From Pseudomonadota bacterium (GTDB lineage Bacteria > Bdellovibrionota > FAC87 > UBA2466), in contig JAYUGC010000034.1 of the NCBI GenBank assembly GCA_043767805.1, positions 1 to 39,120 on the forward strand: a stretch of 39,120 nt of DNA, read 5' to 3'. Both the position numbers and the translations under genes were made by a program. The notes under the pieces were generated by a model. The model had not been told where the DNA came from and ran no database searches. It saw only the letters and a program-made list of their open reading frames with translations. Shown in pieces: positions 25,477 to 36,361 of the stretch. How positions within the stretch are numbered: position 1 is the first letter of the stretch; every line of letters begins with the position of its first letter.

Positions 25477-26418
25477 ATGCTTCGAACCGTGTTCATGGGA
25501 AGTCCTGGGCTCGCCGCCGTTATCTTGGAGCGGCTTTGCACGGACTACGGCGCTCCGGCATTGGTCATCACCCAAAGCGCCAAAGCCAAGGGACGCGGCC
25601 AAAAAGTATTGCCCACACCTGTGCAGTTGGTCGCCGAAGCGAAAGGCATTGCCTGCCACGCCACTGAAAATGCGAACGACCCCGCCCTCGTCGAAGCCAT
25701 GCGGGCCGTGGCGCCCGATCTGATTTTAGTGGCGGCCTTCGGTCAGCTTTTAAAAAACGATATTCTCACGCTGGCGCGGCTCTACTGCTTGAACGTTCAC
25801 GGCTCCCTTTTGCCCGAGTACCGAGGAGCCGCGCCGGTTCAACAAGCGATCTGGGATGGGAAAACGGTCACGGGCATCACCATTCAACGCATGGTGAAGC
25901 AACTCGATGCCGGGGACATCCTTCTCGAAAAAGAGACCAAGATTTTGCCCGAGGAGACTTCGGGTCAGCTGATGGATCGCCTCGCTCATCTGGGCGGCGA
26001 ATGCCTGGTGGACGCCGTCCGCCTGGTCGAGTCCGGAAAAGCGGTTTTCACTCCCCAGGATCCGGCGAAGGTCACCTTCGCCCGTAAGATCGAAAAGGAA
26101 CAGGCTCGGATCAACTGGACGATGCCGGCCGCGAACATCGTCAATCAGGTCCGGGCTTTGAACCCCTGGCCCATCGCCGATACGACTTTGGGCGGGGAGC
26201 GCTTCCGGATTCACGGGGCGAAGGTCTCCGAAAAGCCCGTTTCCGGCCCGCCGGGTACGGTCCAAACCGACGGCCGCACCGAGCTTCTGGTAGCCGCCGG
26301 ACAAGGGGCGGTCGCCTTGACAGCGGTACAGGCCGAGAATAGAAAAAGGCTCGAAATCAGAGAGTTTTTGGCCGCTTTTCGAGGGAATTTCCCCCACCGC
26401 AAATTAGGTGAAGGATGA
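25477..26418 (+). CDS. fmt: Methionyl-tRNA formyltransferase
   Basis: VFMGSP, VAAFGQLL, NVHGSLLPEYRGAAP, LDAGDIL, RALNPWP; start ATG 25477 or 25450. Confidence 0.96.
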   Translation: MLRTVFMGSPGLAAVILERLCTDYGAPALVITQSAKAKGRGQKVLPTPVQLVAEAKGIACHATENANDPALVEAMRAVAPDLILVAAFGQLLKNDILTLARLYCLNVHGSLLPEYRGAAPVQQAIWDGKTVTGITIQRMVKQLDAGDILLEKETKILPEETSGQLMDRLAHLGGECLVDAVRLVESGKAVFTPQDPAKVTFARKIEKEQARINWTMPAANIVNQVRALNPWPIADTTLGGERFRIHGAKVSEKPVSGPPGTVQTDGRTELLVAAGQGAVALTAVQAENRKRLEIREFLAAFRGNFPHRKLGEG

Positions 26419-27092
26419 ACCGTCTTTCCGCGCAAAAACCGTTTCTCATCGCCCCATCGATGCTGGCCTCCGATCTGTCTCGGCTGGGCGAGGAGATTCG
26501 CAATTTGGAAGCCGCCGGCGCCGACGTGCTCCATTTCGACGTCATGGACGGTCACTTCGTCCCCAACATCACGTTTGGTTTTCCGGTCATCGAAAAAGCC
26601 AGAGCGCATACCAAACTTCCCTTCGATGCCCATCTGATGATCGAGAACGCGGACGACTATTTGGAAAAGTTTGCCGGTGTCGGTTGTAACTGGCTTTCGG
26701 TGCACGTGGAGGCCTGCCCCCATCTGCACCGCACCGTGAATCGCATCAAAGAGCTCGGCATGAAGGCGGGAGTTGCCGTAAATCCAGGCACCTCCTTGGC
26801 CTCGCTGCAAGCCATTCTGGCGGAAGCGGACTACATATTGATCATGAGCGTGAACCCGGGTTTCGGCGGGCAAAAGTTCATCCCCCAGACTTTCGATCGC
26901 ATCCGCAATCTGAAAAACATGCTCCACGGACATAAGGCGCATATTCAAGTGGACGGCGGTATCAAGGTCGAAAACTTCAATGAGTTCACTTCGGCGGGTG
27001 CCGACATCCTGGTCGTCGGAACGGGCTTACTCGCGAGCAAAGACTATAAAGCGACCATCCGGGCCCTTCGGGAGGCGGGGGGCATGAAGTAG
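26415..27092 (+). CDS. rpe: Ribulose-phosphate 3-epimerase
   Basis: IAPSML, HFDVMDGHFVPNITFG, DAHLMI, MSVNPGFGGQ, VDGGI. Confidence 0.97.
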   Translation: MNRLSAQKPFLIAPSMLASDLSRLGEEIRNLEAAGADVLHFDVMDGHFVPNITFGFPVIEKARAHTKLPFDAHLMIENADDYLEKFAGVGCNWLSVHVEACPHLHRTVNRIKELGMKAGVAVNPGTSLASLQAILAEADYILIMSVNPGFGGQKFIPQTFDRIRNLKNMLHGHKAHIQVDGGIKVENFNEFTSAGADILVVGTGLLASKDYKATIRALREAGGMK

Positions 27093-28609
27093 TGATCGCG
27101 CTCGACGGAAATTCCCTCACCCTCGAAGACTTTCAATCCATCGTGGTCGGGCGCACGAAGGTTTCCTTGAGTCCCACGGCCCGCGCGCACATCGAAAAGT
27201 CCCGCACTTACGTCGACAAGGCCTGCGAAGGCACCGAGCGCGTGTACAGCATCAACACCGGCTTCGGAGTCTTGAGCAAAGTCACCATCGACAAGAGCCA
27301 GCTTGCCCAGCTGCAAGTGAATCTCATCCGCAGTCATTGCGCGGGCGTTGGCGAGATTCATACGGAAGATGAGAGCCGCGCCATTCTACTTCTGCGCACC
27401 AACGTTTTGGCCAAAGGCTACTCCGGTTCGCGCGCCCTTCTAGTCGATACGCTCATCGAAATGCTGAACAAGGGCGTGCATCCCGTGATTCCGAGTAAGG
27501 GAAGCGTCGGAGCGAGCGGCGATCTCGCGCCGCTAGCGCACCTTGCCGCGGTAATCATCGGCGAAGGCGAAGCCTTTCACGGCGGCGTCCGCATGACGGG
27601 CGCGAAAGCCATGAAGGCGGCGGGCATTACGCCGGTGGAGCTCGCCCCGAAAGAAGGCTTATCGCTCATCAACGGCACCCAGCAGATGACGGGCGTTGGC
27701 GCGCTGGTGTTACTCCGCGCGGAACGGCTTGCGAATCTGGCCGACCTCATTGCGACGGCGAGCCTCGAAGGCATCCTCGGCACGCCTCGCGCGTTCGAGG
27801 CCTGGGTGCATGAGACGCGTCCTTACGAAGGACAGATTCAGTCGGCAAAGCTGATGCGCTCCTTCATGAGGGACAGCGAGATTTACGAGAGCCACGTCGA
27901 TTGCGATCGCGTGCAAGATCCTTACTCCTTCCGCTGCGTGCCTCAGGTTCACGGCGCAAGCCGCGATCTCTTCAGCCACGTACGCCGGGTTCTGACCATT
28001 GAGCTGAATGCCGCGACCGATAATCCCTTGGTCCATCCGGATACGGGCGATTTAGTCTCCAGCGGAAATTTCCACGGACAGCCCGTGGCCTTCGCGCTCG
28101 ACATTCTCGGCATGGGCATCGCCGAATTGGGCAGCATCTCGCAGGCCCGCATCGCGAAACTCATCGATCCCAATTTCAGCGAGCTCCCCACGTTTCTCAT
28201 CAAGAACGCCGGCCTCAACTCCGGCCTCATGATGCATCACGTGACGGCGGCGGCTCTCGTCGCGGAAAGCCGCCTGCTCACCCATCCGGGCTCCACCGAT
28301 TCCATTCCGACCAACGTCGAAAAGGAAGATCACGTGAGCATGGGCCCGCTCTGCGCCCGCAAAGCAAAAACCATTTTGGAAAACACGGAGACCATCCTCT
28401 CTATCGAGGCGGTAAGCGCTTGCCAGGCGCTCGAGTTCAGAAAGCCTCTAAAGCCCGCCGTGGGCCCGCGCTTTCTCTACAAGATCATCCGCGAGAAAGT
28501 CGCACCCCTCGATAACGATCGCTATCTGCACACAGAAATCGAATGGGTGCGTCAGCTTTTCGTCACCGGCGACCTGCACAGCCGCGCCCATAAGGAGGGC
28601 CTGCTATGA
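27092..28609 (+). CDS. hutH: Histidine ammonia-lyase
   Basis: [16 protein letters not shown]-forming [29 protein letters not shown]. Confidence 0.96.
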   Translation: MIALDGNSLTLEDFQSIVVGRTKVSLSPTARAHIEKSRTYVDKACEGTERVYSINTGFGVLSKVTIDKSQLAQLQVNLIRSHCAGVGEIHTEDESRAILLLRTNVLAKGYSGSRALLVDTLIEMLNKGVHPVIPSKGSVGASGDLAPLAHLAAVIIGEGEAFHGGVRMTGAKAMKAAGITPVELAPKEGLSLINGTQQMTGVGALVLLRAERLANLADLIATASLEGILGTPRAFEAWVHETRPYEGQIQSAKLMRSFMRDSEIYESHVDCDRVQDPYSFRCVPQVHGASRDLFSHVRRVLTIELNAATDNPLVHPDTGDLVSSGNFHGQPVAFALDILGMGIAELGSISQARIAKLIDPNFSELPTFLIKNAGLNSGLMMHHVTAAALVAESRLLTHPGSTDSIPTNVEKEDHVSMGPLCARKAKTILENTETILSIEAVSACQALEFRKPLKPAVGPRFLYKIIREKVAPLDNDRYLHTEIEWVRQLFVTGDLHSRAHKEGLL

Positions 28610-30258
28610 AGGAAGTGCGCGCCGCCCGGGGAAATCAGCTCACCTGCAAAGGCTGGGAACAGGAAGCCGCGCTCCGCATGCTCATGAACAATCTGGATCC
28701 CGACGTCGCGGAACATCCGGAAGAGCTAATCGTTTACGGCGGCTCGGGTAAAGCCGCTCGCAACTGGGAATCCTATCACGCCATCGTGCGCACGCTCCAA
28801 ACTTTAGGCAACGACGAGACGCTCCTCGTGCAATCGGGCAAACCGGTCGGCGTCATTCGTTCCCACGAAGAGGCTCCGCGCGTGCTTCTTGCCAACTCGC
28901 TTTTGGTTCCCGCGTGGGCGACCTGGGAAATTTTCCGCAGCCTCGAGTCTCGCGGGCTCACCATGTTCGGGCAGATGACGGCGGGCAGCTGGATCTACAT
29001 CGGCACCCAAGGCATCGTACAAGGCACCTTCGAGACGTTTGCTTCCGCCGCGAAAAAACATTTTAACGGCGATCTCTCCGGCAAATGGATTTTGTCGGCA
29101 GGCTTGGGCGGCATGGGCGGAGCCCAGCCACTCGCCGCCACCATGAACGGCGCCTGTTTTCTCGGCATCGACGTCGACGTGACTCGCATCAAGCGCCGCA
29201 TGGAAACCGGGTATCTCGACAGGCTCGAGACCGATCTCGATAGCGCTCTTGCCCAGATCAAGGAAGCGACGGCAAAGAAAGAAGCCATCTCCATCGGGCT
29301 CGTCGGCAACGCGGCCGATCTCGTTCCGAAAATCGCCAAGGGCGCTTATCTTCCCGATCTGGTTACCGATCAAACCTCCGCGCACGATCCGCTGACCGGC
29401 TATTTGCCGCAAGGCCTGAACATGGAGGAAGGCGCACGCCTTCGCGCCTCCGATCCTAAGGAGTACGTGCGTCGGTCCAAGGCGTCCATCGGAGTGCACG
29501 TCGAGGGGCTTCTCGCTTTCAAGAAGAAGGGCATCCCCACTTTCGACTACGGCAACAATATCCGTGCGGTTGCTCAAGAAGTCGGCGTGAAAGACGCGTT
29601 TCTGATTCCCGGCTTCGTGCCGGAGTACATCCGCCCACTGTTTTGCGAAGGCCAGGGGCCTTTCCGCTGGGTCGCCTTGAGCGGCGATCCCGAAGACATT
29701 TACACGACGGACCGCGCGCTTCTCGAACTCTTTCCCGAAAACAAACAGCTCGCGCGCTGGCTGCGGCTTGCCAAGGAGCGCATTCAGTTCCAGGGGCTTC
29801 CCGCGCGCATTTGCTGGCTGGGCTACGGAGAGCGGGAAAAGGCGGGCTTACTTTTCAATCGCCTTGTACGCGAAAAGAAAGTGAAAGCGCCGCTCGTCAT
29901 CGGCCGCGATCACCTGGACTGCGGCAGCGTCGCGTCGCCCAACCGCGAGACGGAAGCGATGAAAGACGGCTCGGACGCCATTGCGGATTGGCCTATCTTG
30001 AACGCCATGATCAATGCCGTGAACGGCGCGAGCTGGGTTTCCGTCCACCACGGTGGCGGCGTCGGCATCGGGTATTCCATTCACGCCGGCATGGTTTGCG
30101 TCGCCGACGGGACCGAGCGCGCCGATCGCCGCCTCTCCCGCGTGCTCAATTCCGATCCCGCGATGGGTGTATTCCGCCACGCGGACGCCGGTTATGATAA
30201 GGCGCAGGAGGTGGCTCGGGAGAAGTCGATCCAAATTCCCATGAGCCCGCTCAGATGA
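28606..30258 (+). CDS. hutU: Urocanate hydratase
   Basis: [56 protein letters not shown]. Confidence 0.98.
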   Translation: MKEVRAARGNQLTCKGWEQEAALRMLMNNLDPDVAEHPEELIVYGGSGKAARNWESYHAIVRTLQTLGNDETLLVQSGKPVGVIRSHEEAPRVLLANSLLVPAWATWEIFRSLESRGLTMFGQMTAGSWIYIGTQGIVQGTFETFASAAKKHFNGDLSGKWILSAGLGGMGGAQPLAATMNGACFLGIDVDVTRIKRRMETGYLDRLETDLDSALAQIKEATAKKEAISIGLVGNAADLVPKIAKGAYLPDLVTDQTSAHDPLTGYLPQGLNMEEGARLRASDPKEYVRRSKASIGVHVEGLLAFKKKGIPTFDYGNNIRAVAQEVGVKDAFLIPGFVPEYIRPLFCEGQGPFRWVALSGDPEDIYTTDRALLELFPENKQLARWLRLAKERIQFQGLPARICWLGYGEREKAGLLFNRLVREKKVKAPLVIGRDHLDCGSVASPNRETEAMKDGSDAIADWPILNAMINAVNGASWVSVHHGGGVGIGYSIHAGMVCVADGTERADRRLSRVLNSDPAMGVFRHADAGYDKAQEVAREKSIQIPMSPLR

Positions 30259-31478
30259 ACGCCGACACACTCATTCTTTATCGCAATATTACGCAGCTAC
30301 TCACCATGGAAGGCGTGCGCCGGAAAAAGGGCCGTCATCCCGTGGAAGCCGATCTCGGCATTATCGAAAACGCCGCCATCGTCGTCGATGCGGAAGTAAA
30401 CGAAATCGTCTGGATGGGAAAGACCCAGGATCTTGCCATTCCGTATCAAATGCTGCCGCAAGCCTTGGCCTGCCACGGAAAAGTGATGATCCCCGAGCTC
30501 GTCGAGTGCCATACCCATTTGATTTTCGCGGGCGAGCGCCATCACGACTACGCGCTTCGTTGCGCCGGCAAAACGTACAGCCAAGTCGCCGCCGAAGGCG
30601 GTGGCATCGCCACCACTGTGAACTTTACCCGCAAAGCCACGAAGGACGAGCTCATACAGCGAGGCGAGCGTGAGATCGATCGTTTCCTCTCTTACGGCGT
30701 CGGCGTCGTCGAGATTAAGAGCGGCTACGGCCTGACTCTCCACGACGAGATTAAAATCTTGGAAGTTATCGAGACTCTGCAGGAGAGAACGTCGATTCGC
30801 CTCGTCCCTACTTTCATGGCCGCGCACATGACGCCGCCTGAGTTCAAGGGACGCACCGACGAGTACGTCGATGTGGTGTGCCGAGAATGGATTCCGGAAG
30901 TCGGCACGAGAAAGCTCGCGGCTTTTTTCGATGTCTTCGTGGAGACGGGCTATTTCACTCCCGCGCACGCCCGCAGGTTCGCGGAAAGCGCCAAGGCCCA
31001 CGGCATGGGGGTCAAACTGCACGTCGAGCAGTTCACTGATCTGGGCGGAGCGGCTCTCGCCGCGGAGCTGGGCGCGGTCAGCTGCGATCATTTGGATCAT
31101 GTTTCCGACGAGGGCATCAAGCGCCTCGCCGGCTCCGATACGGTTGCCGTGCTTTTGCCCGGGGCCTCCCTCTTCACGGGAACGCCTTATCCTCCCGCGA
31201 GAAAGCTCATCGACGCGGGCGTGCGAGTCGCGCTGTCGACCGATTTCAATCCCGGCACTTGCCCGAGCCGCAACCTACCGCTCATGACTACTTTAGGTTG
31301 CAGCCAGATGAAGATGACGATTCCCGAAGCTCTTGCCGCGGTCACCCACAACGCCGCCGCGGCGCTCGGCCTCGAAGAGGAGGCTGGATTTTTGGCCGTG
31401 GGAAGGCCTTTCCGGGTCTGTCAGTTCCAAGCCGATTCTTACGAGGCGCTTCCGTACTGGTTCGGCGAGTTAGTCTAG
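30255..31478 (+). CDS. hutI: Imidazolonepropionase
   Basis: [39 protein letters not shown]; follows hutU. Confidence 0.93.
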   Translation: MNADTLILYRNITQLLTMEGVRRKKGRHPVEADLGIIENAAIVVDAEVNEIVWMGKTQDLAIPYQMLPQALACHGKVMIPELVECHTHLIFAGERHHDYALRCAGKTYSQVAAEGGGIATTVNFTRKATKDELIQRGEREIDRFLSYGVGVVEIKSGYGLTLHDEIKILEVIETLQERTSIRLVPTFMAAHMTPPEFKGRTDEYVDVVCREWIPEVGTRKLAAFFDVFVETGYFTPAHARRFAESAKAHGMGVKLHVEQFTDLGGAALAAELGAVSCDHLDHVSDEGIKRLAGSDTVAVLLPGASLFTGTPYPPARKLIDAGVRVALSTDFNPGTCPSRNLPLMTTLGCSQMKMTIPEALAAVTHNAAAALGLEEEAGFLAVGRPFRVCQFQADSYEALPYWFGELV

Positions 31479-31488
31479 AATAGAAAGC

Positions 31489-32469
31489 GTGGCCGCCCTC
31501 ACCCAACGCCTCCGGCGCTATCTCAAGTTTTGGACCGAGTTCATCGTGGCCTTCGTCGTTTTCGTGGGCTTGGGCACTGCGGGCTTTTACTGGAAGAACA
31601 AAGTCGATCGCTCGCCAGCCCAGATTCAATCTCTCAGTGACGAGCAACGGCGCACCAGCGATGGCACGGCTTACTGGGCCTACGGAAACTCGGGCCCCGA
31701 TCTCGTTTTGATTCACGGTCTGCTCGGTAGCAAGTTCACGTTCGAAAGGGTGCGCACGCGGCTCGCCTCTCGCTTTCGTGTTTGGGCGTACGACGCGAGG
31801 GGGATGGGCTTTACTCCCGCGCGGGGCGATTTGACTCTGGAGGGTCAAGTCGATCAGCTGCATCATTTTCTCGGCGAGCTGAAGCTGGGCCCGGTGGTTT
31901 TACTCGGGCACTCGACGGGAGGCGGGGTTGCCCAGGCGTTCGCGGCGAAGTACCCGCAGCTCGTCCGGCACCTGATCCTCGTCGATTCCATGGATTTTTT
32001 CGATGCCGCGCTTCAAGGCAACTGGGAGAGCACGAACCTACGTGATCTCGTGTACGCCTCTTTACGATCTTCTTATCTTCCTCGTGTGATGCCTTATCTT
32101 TCGGGGCGTTGGATGACTCGCAGGATTTTGTCGCACCAATATGCGGTGGCGAACCGCCTGACGGAAATTTCGATCCAGACCCATGCGTATCCGATGGAGC
32201 AACCTGGTTACTGGGATCGAGCCGCGGAGTGGGCGGCGCCGCCGAGTGCGGCGTGGCTCAGGGCAATTCGCGCGTCTCAGGGTAACAATCCCTTTCCCGT
32301 ATCCGTGCTCTGGGGCGTCAACGACGCCTGGTTCTTTCCGCGGCAGGGCCAGCAACTTTGCGAGCGGTATCGGAATTGCAGTTTCCTTCTCATCGAAGAT
32401 GCCGGTCACTTACCTCAAGAAGAGCAGCCTGAAGCCTTCTCCGAACGGCTGTCTTCACTTCTGCTCTAA
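31489..32469 (+). CDS. Membrane-anchored alpha/beta hydrolase
   Basis: N-terminal TM; LIHG, YDARGMG, GHSTGG, WGVND, AGHLPQEE. Confidence 0.85.
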   Translation: MAALTQRLRRYLKFWTEFIVAFVVFVGLGTAGFYWKNKVDRSPAQIQSLSDEQRRTSDGTAYWAYGNSGPDLVLIHGLLGSKFTFERVRTRLASRFRVWAYDARGMGFTPARGDLTLEGQVDQLHHFLGELKLGPVVLLGHSTGGGVAQAFAAKYPQLVRHLILVDSMDFFDAALQGNWESTNLRDLVYASLRSSYLPRVMPYLSGRWMTRRILSHQYAVANRLTEISIQTHAYPMEQPGYWDRAAEWAAPPSAAWLRAIRASQGNNPFPVSVLWGVNDAWFFPRQGQQLCERYRNCSFLLIEDAGHLPQEEQPEAFSERLSSLLL

Positions 32470-32564
32470 CCGGACTGAGGTGGTCTTTACCGTCGTGCTC
32501 CCATCGGGGTACACTAAAGGTACGGTTCGTTGCCCGCTTACCCCCCTGAAAATTCGAGGGAATC

Positions 32565-33644
32565 ATGAAGCTGACTTTCGTCTGTTTCCTGTTCCTAGCC
32601 CTTAGCCTGGCCCACGCCGATGACGCAGTGGATCTGACCAGACAGGATTGCACCGCGGAATCCGTCTGCTTCATCCAGGTACCCGGAGCGGTTTGCGCCG
32701 ACGGCACTACCACGGGCTTCTCGGTCCTCTACCGCAAAGGCGCGAAGAAGCTCTATCTCTACTTCGATGGCGGCGGCGCTTGCTGGAACAAGGAAACCTG
32801 CGAAAAGGGAACGGCCGTTCACCTGAGCGAGCAGACTCCTTACGAAGGACCCTATTCCGGGCAGGACAGTAGCTCTCTAGGAGGCTGGCGCGATTTTCAA
32901 AATCCCGACAATCCCATCGCCGACGGTTACAACGTCGCTCGCCTTCCTTACTGCACCGCCGACATCTGGATGGGTGACAAAGTCGTCAACTACGGGACTA
33001 TCGACAAGCCTTACGTGATTCGTCACGTGGGTCACCGCAACGTGGAAAAAATCCTTAGGGAAGTGCGAAAGCGTTTCCCCGATCCAGATAGCATCTTATT
33101 GATGGGAACGAGCGGAGGCGGGCTTGGGGTCAGCTACAACGTCCATCAGGTGCGTACTACCTATCCCAGAACGAAAATGTTCGTCTTGAACGACAGCGGG
33201 CTTCCCTTCAAGACTCCGTACGTCTCTCCGAAAAGCCTGGAAGAGCTCTATACGAATTGGGGAGTGAACGGAACGAATCCGATATCGGGACCCGTGGGCA
33301 TGAATGTCGCGGCTTCGATCTTGGAGTTCAATCAGACGAATTATCCCGACGTTCCGTACGGCTTCATCTCGGGCTACAAAGATTGGACAATGACGTTTTT
33401 CGCGAAGATGCTGGGAAGCCCGAATTTCACGGTCGCGGTCCGACAAACGATGCAGAGTCTTGCCGACGAGGAATTTACGCACGCTTCAAATTACAAAGTT
33501 TTTTATCTCGACGATTTTTGGCATGGCTATATCTCCAAAGATCCTTCGAAAGTGGTTTCGAAAGGCATTCGTCTCTCCGACTGGACCAAAGCCATGCTCA
33601 ACGAGTCTAACGCCTGGGTAAACGTCCGCCCCGATAAACCGTAG
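32565..33644 (+). CDS. Secreted pectinacetylesterase/Notum-family hydrolase
   Basis: Signal peptide; CADGT, YFDGGGACW, PYCTAD, nucleophile GTSGGG, NDSG. Confidence 0.8.
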   Translation: MKLTFVCFLFLALSLAHADDAVDLTRQDCTAESVCFIQVPGAVCADGTTTGFSVLYRKGAKKLYLYFDGGGACWNKETCEKGTAVHLSEQTPYEGPYSGQDSSSLGGWRDFQNPDNPIADGYNVARLPYCTADIWMGDKVVNYGTIDKPYVIRHVGHRNVEKILREVRKRFPDPDSILLMGTSGGGLGVSYNVHQVRTTYPRTKMFVLNDSGLPFKTPYVSPKSLEELYTNWGVNGTNPISGPVGMNVAASILEFNQTNYPDVPYGFISGYKDWTMTFFAKMLGSPNFTVAVRQTMQSLADEEFTHASNYKVFYLDDFWHGYISKDPSKVVSKGIRLSDWTKAMLNESNAWVNVRPDKP

Positions 33645-33647
33645 CCC

Positions 33648-33702
33648 CGCGCTGTCGCGCGTTCGATCCGGGACGGTCACGGGTCGAACGCGCAATAGCG
33701 CG
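33648..33702. terminator. Long GC-rich hairpin between convergent genes
   Basis: CGCGCTGT-C-GCGCGTTCGATCCG pairs with CGGGTCGAACGCGC-A-ATAGCGCG (with G-U pairs); no U-tract. Confidence 0.55.
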
Positions 33703-33707
33703 AATTC

Positions 33708-34775
33708 CTAGCCCGGCAGAGACAGCATGCGGTCGAGAGCGACTTTGGCAAAATGCTTCATCTTATCGTCGATGACCACCGGCTCCTGCTCTTCCAGATT
33801 TTCGAGGCAGTAGAGGAGGCGTCCCATAGTGATTTGATACATCGTGAGACAAAGCGATCGATGCAATTTCTCAATCATGCGATCGCGATACTGCGCCGCG
33901 AGATTTTGAACGAGATTAATCTCGGTCCCGATGAAAATCTGATCGCCGGGCTTTGACTCCGCCGCCACCCATTTGCGGATAAAATCCGTGCTGCCCACGA
34001 GATCGGCGGCCTGAACGACATCCGTCGGACATTCGGGATGAACGAGAATCTTCGCCTTTGGGAAATATTTTCGGATGTGCTCGATATCCCGCACGGTGAA
34101 CTTTTGATGAACGGGGCAATATCCCTTCCAGAGTACCGCGCGCGAGTCGGCGTATTTCGAAGCTGAGCCACCGTGAGGCTGCTGCGGATCCCAGACAGAA
34201 ATCTCCTCAGGCTTCAACCCGTACTTTAAAGCCGTATTGCGCCCGAGATGTTCGTCAGGGATGAAGAAGATGCGCTTACCGCGCTCGTACGCCCACTCGA
34301 AAGTTTTGTGGGCATTGCTGGACGTGCAAATCGTGCCACCGTGCTCGCCGCAGAACGCTTTGATGTCGGCGGTCGAGTTCATGTAAGTAATCGGAATCGG
34401 CGCGTCCCCTTCCTTTGCTAAGAACTCCCACGCCGCTTTCACCTCGTGCATCGGCGCCATGTCCGCCATGGGACAACCCGCTTCCGGATCGGGATGAATT
34501 ACAATCTGCTCGGGACGCGCGAGCACCGCTGCGCTCTCAGCCATGAAGCGGACGCCGCAGAAAACGATGTACTTGCCGCCCTCAAAACGCGCGGCCGACT
34601 GAGACAGGCCAAAACTATCTCCAACGAAATCAGCGAGCTCCGTGATAGCCCGCCGCTGATAGAGATGCGCGAGCAGGCAAATCTCTTTGCCATAGCGGGC
34701 GCGGATGGCGCGAATCCGATCCGCCGCTTCCGCTTCGGGGATCGCTTCCAGTTGTCGGACGCGTTCCAGATTCAT
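33708..34775 (-). CDS. nadA: Quinolinate synthase
   Basis: HLYQ, GDS, FCGVRFMAES, AGCPMA, YMNS, CTSSNA, GYCPVH, HPEC, GST, GTE, CLTM. Confidence 0.95.
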   Translation of the reverse strand: MNLERVRQLEAIPEAEAADRIRAIRARYGKEICLLAHLYQRRAITELADFVGDSFGLSQSAARFEGGKYIVFCGVRFMAESAAVLARPEQIVIHPDPEAGCPMADMAPMHEVKAAWEFLAKEGDAPIPITYMNSTADIKAFCGEHGGTICTSSNAHKTFEWAYERGKRIFFIPDEHLGRNTALKYGLKPEEISVWDPQQPHGGSASKYADSRAVLWKGYCPVHQKFTVRDIEHIRKYFPKAKILVHPECPTDVVQAADLVGSTDFIRKWVAAESKPGDQIFIGTEINLVQNLAAQYRDRMIEKLHRSLCLTMYQITMGRLLYCLENLEEQEPVVIDDKMKHFAKVALDRMLSLPG

Positions 34776-34776
34776 C

Positions 34777-36354
34777 TCAAATCTCCACTTCGTCCCGAAG
34801 GTAGCAGCCTTGGGAGCGGGGGTTACGCTTGCACGCTTCCACGATGAGAAGCGCCACAAGGGAAGCATGCCTCAGTCCGATGAGCCCGTCGGTCAGAGAC
34901 GCTCTCCGGTAAAATACCTCGATCCCTTGCGAAAGCTCACGCAAAATTCCATCGGCACGCCGGAGCCTTGCCTCGCTCTTGATGAGGCCCACGTAATTCC
35001 ACATGGTGTGCTTGATGGTGATCCAGTCTTGCTTGAGAAAGCTCGCTTCCACCTGAACTTGTTCCGGCTTCCAAGGATCGATCTCCGGAAAAGGTCGCTC
35101 CCCTTCCACATTGAGCTCACGCGCGATACTTTCCCCGGCTTGAGTACCCCAGACGAGACCCTCGAGAAGGGAGGTACTGGCCAAACGGTTGGAACCGTGT
35201 AGACCTGTGGAAGCCACCTCCCCCGCGGCCCAAAGATGAGGCACGGAAGTGCGTCCGTCCAAATCCGTCCAAACACCGCCCACGTGATAGTGCGCGCCCG
35301 GCACGACGGGAATCGGCTGCTTGGTGATGTCCACGCCGTACGCGAGGCAACTCCGGTGCACGAAGGGAAACCGCTCACGCACCCATTCCGCCGGCTTGTG
35401 GCTGATATCTAAATAAACGCACGCCTCGCCCGACGATAATAGCTCTTGGTTGATGGCCCAAGCGACCTTGTCGCGGGGAGCAAGCTCGGGCGTTTCAAAA
35501 TCGGGAAGATACTTTCCGAGAAACCGCTCTCCCGAGCGATTGACGAGATAAGCGCCTTCTCCCCTGAGCGCTTCCGAAATGAGAAAGCGCCGCGATTTTT
35601 CGTGAAAGAAAGTCGTCGGGTGAAATTGCACGAACTCGAGCTGACTCAAGCGGCAGCCCGCGCGATGGGCGAGTGCAATCCCATCTCCGCGCGCAAACTC
35701 GGAGTTGGTGCTGTGAAGAAAGAGCTGGCCGATACCGCCTGTCGCCAGAATCGTGTGCTGAGCAAAAATAGGAACCACCGCCGCCGTCGACTGATCGAAA
35801 ACGAAGGCCCCGAAGCAACGGGCCGTTTCATGACGCAAGCCCGGAGAGCTCGGATGAAAGGACGTCATCAAAAGATTTACGGCGGTAATGCCCGTCCGAA
35901 AGGTAATAAGGGGAAGCGCGCGCGCGTAAGCAGCAAGACTCTCCTCGACGCTGCGGCCCGTCTCATCGCCCGCGTAGAGAATGCGGTTTTCACTGTGAGC
36001 CGCTTCCCGGGTCAGAGCGAGCGTTCCGTCGGTCTTTCGCTCGAAGGGAACCCGGGCGCCCTCGAGCAACAGGCGCTTCACGAGAGCCGGGCCCTTGCGA
36101 CCTAGCTGCCCAACCGCGGGAAGATAGTTCGTCCCGCCGCCCGCTTCGACGATGTCTTTGACGAGACTTTCTTCATCCGCCGTCGCCGACTGATAGACGA
36201 TCCCGCCTTGCGCCCACCAGGTATTGGTCTCGGTGAGTTTTACCGCCGCGGTGACGACGGTGACCGTCACACCCGCTTCGGCAAGCGCAATGGCGGCGGA
36301 AAGACCCGCGACGCCACTACCGATGACCAGACACTGGGTTTGCGACCCGCTCAT
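34777..36354 (-). CDS. nadB: L-aspartate oxidase
   Basis: IGSGVAGL, AQGGI, REAAHS, QFHPT, LISEALRGEG, ELAPRD, HYHVGG, GLHGSNRLASTSLLE. Confidence 0.95.
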   Translation of the reverse strand: MSGSQTQCLVIGSGVAGLSAAIALAEAGVTVTVVTAAVKLTETNTWWAQGGIVYQSATADEESLVKDIVEAGGGTNYLPAVGQLGRKGPALVKRLLLEGARVPFERKTDGTLALTREAAHSENRILYAGDETGRSVEESLAAYARALPLITFRTGITAVNLLMTSFHPSSPGLRHETARCFGAFVFDQSTAAVVPIFAQHTILATGGIGQLFLHSTNSEFARGDGIALAHRAGCRLSQLEFVQFHPTTFFHEKSRRFLISEALRGEGAYLVNRSGERFLGKYLPDFETPELAPRDKVAWAINQELLSSGEACVYLDISHKPAEWVRERFPFVHRSCLAYGVDITKQPIPVVPGAHYHVGGVWTDLDGRTSVPHLWAAGEVASTGLHGSNRLASTSLLEGLVWGTQAGESIARELNVEGERPFPEIDPWKPEQVQVEASFLKQDWITIKHTMWNYVGLIKSEARLRRADGILRELSQGIEVFYRRASLTDGLIGLRHASLVALLIVEACKRNPRSQGCYLRDEVEI

Positions 36355-36361
36355 GAGCCAA

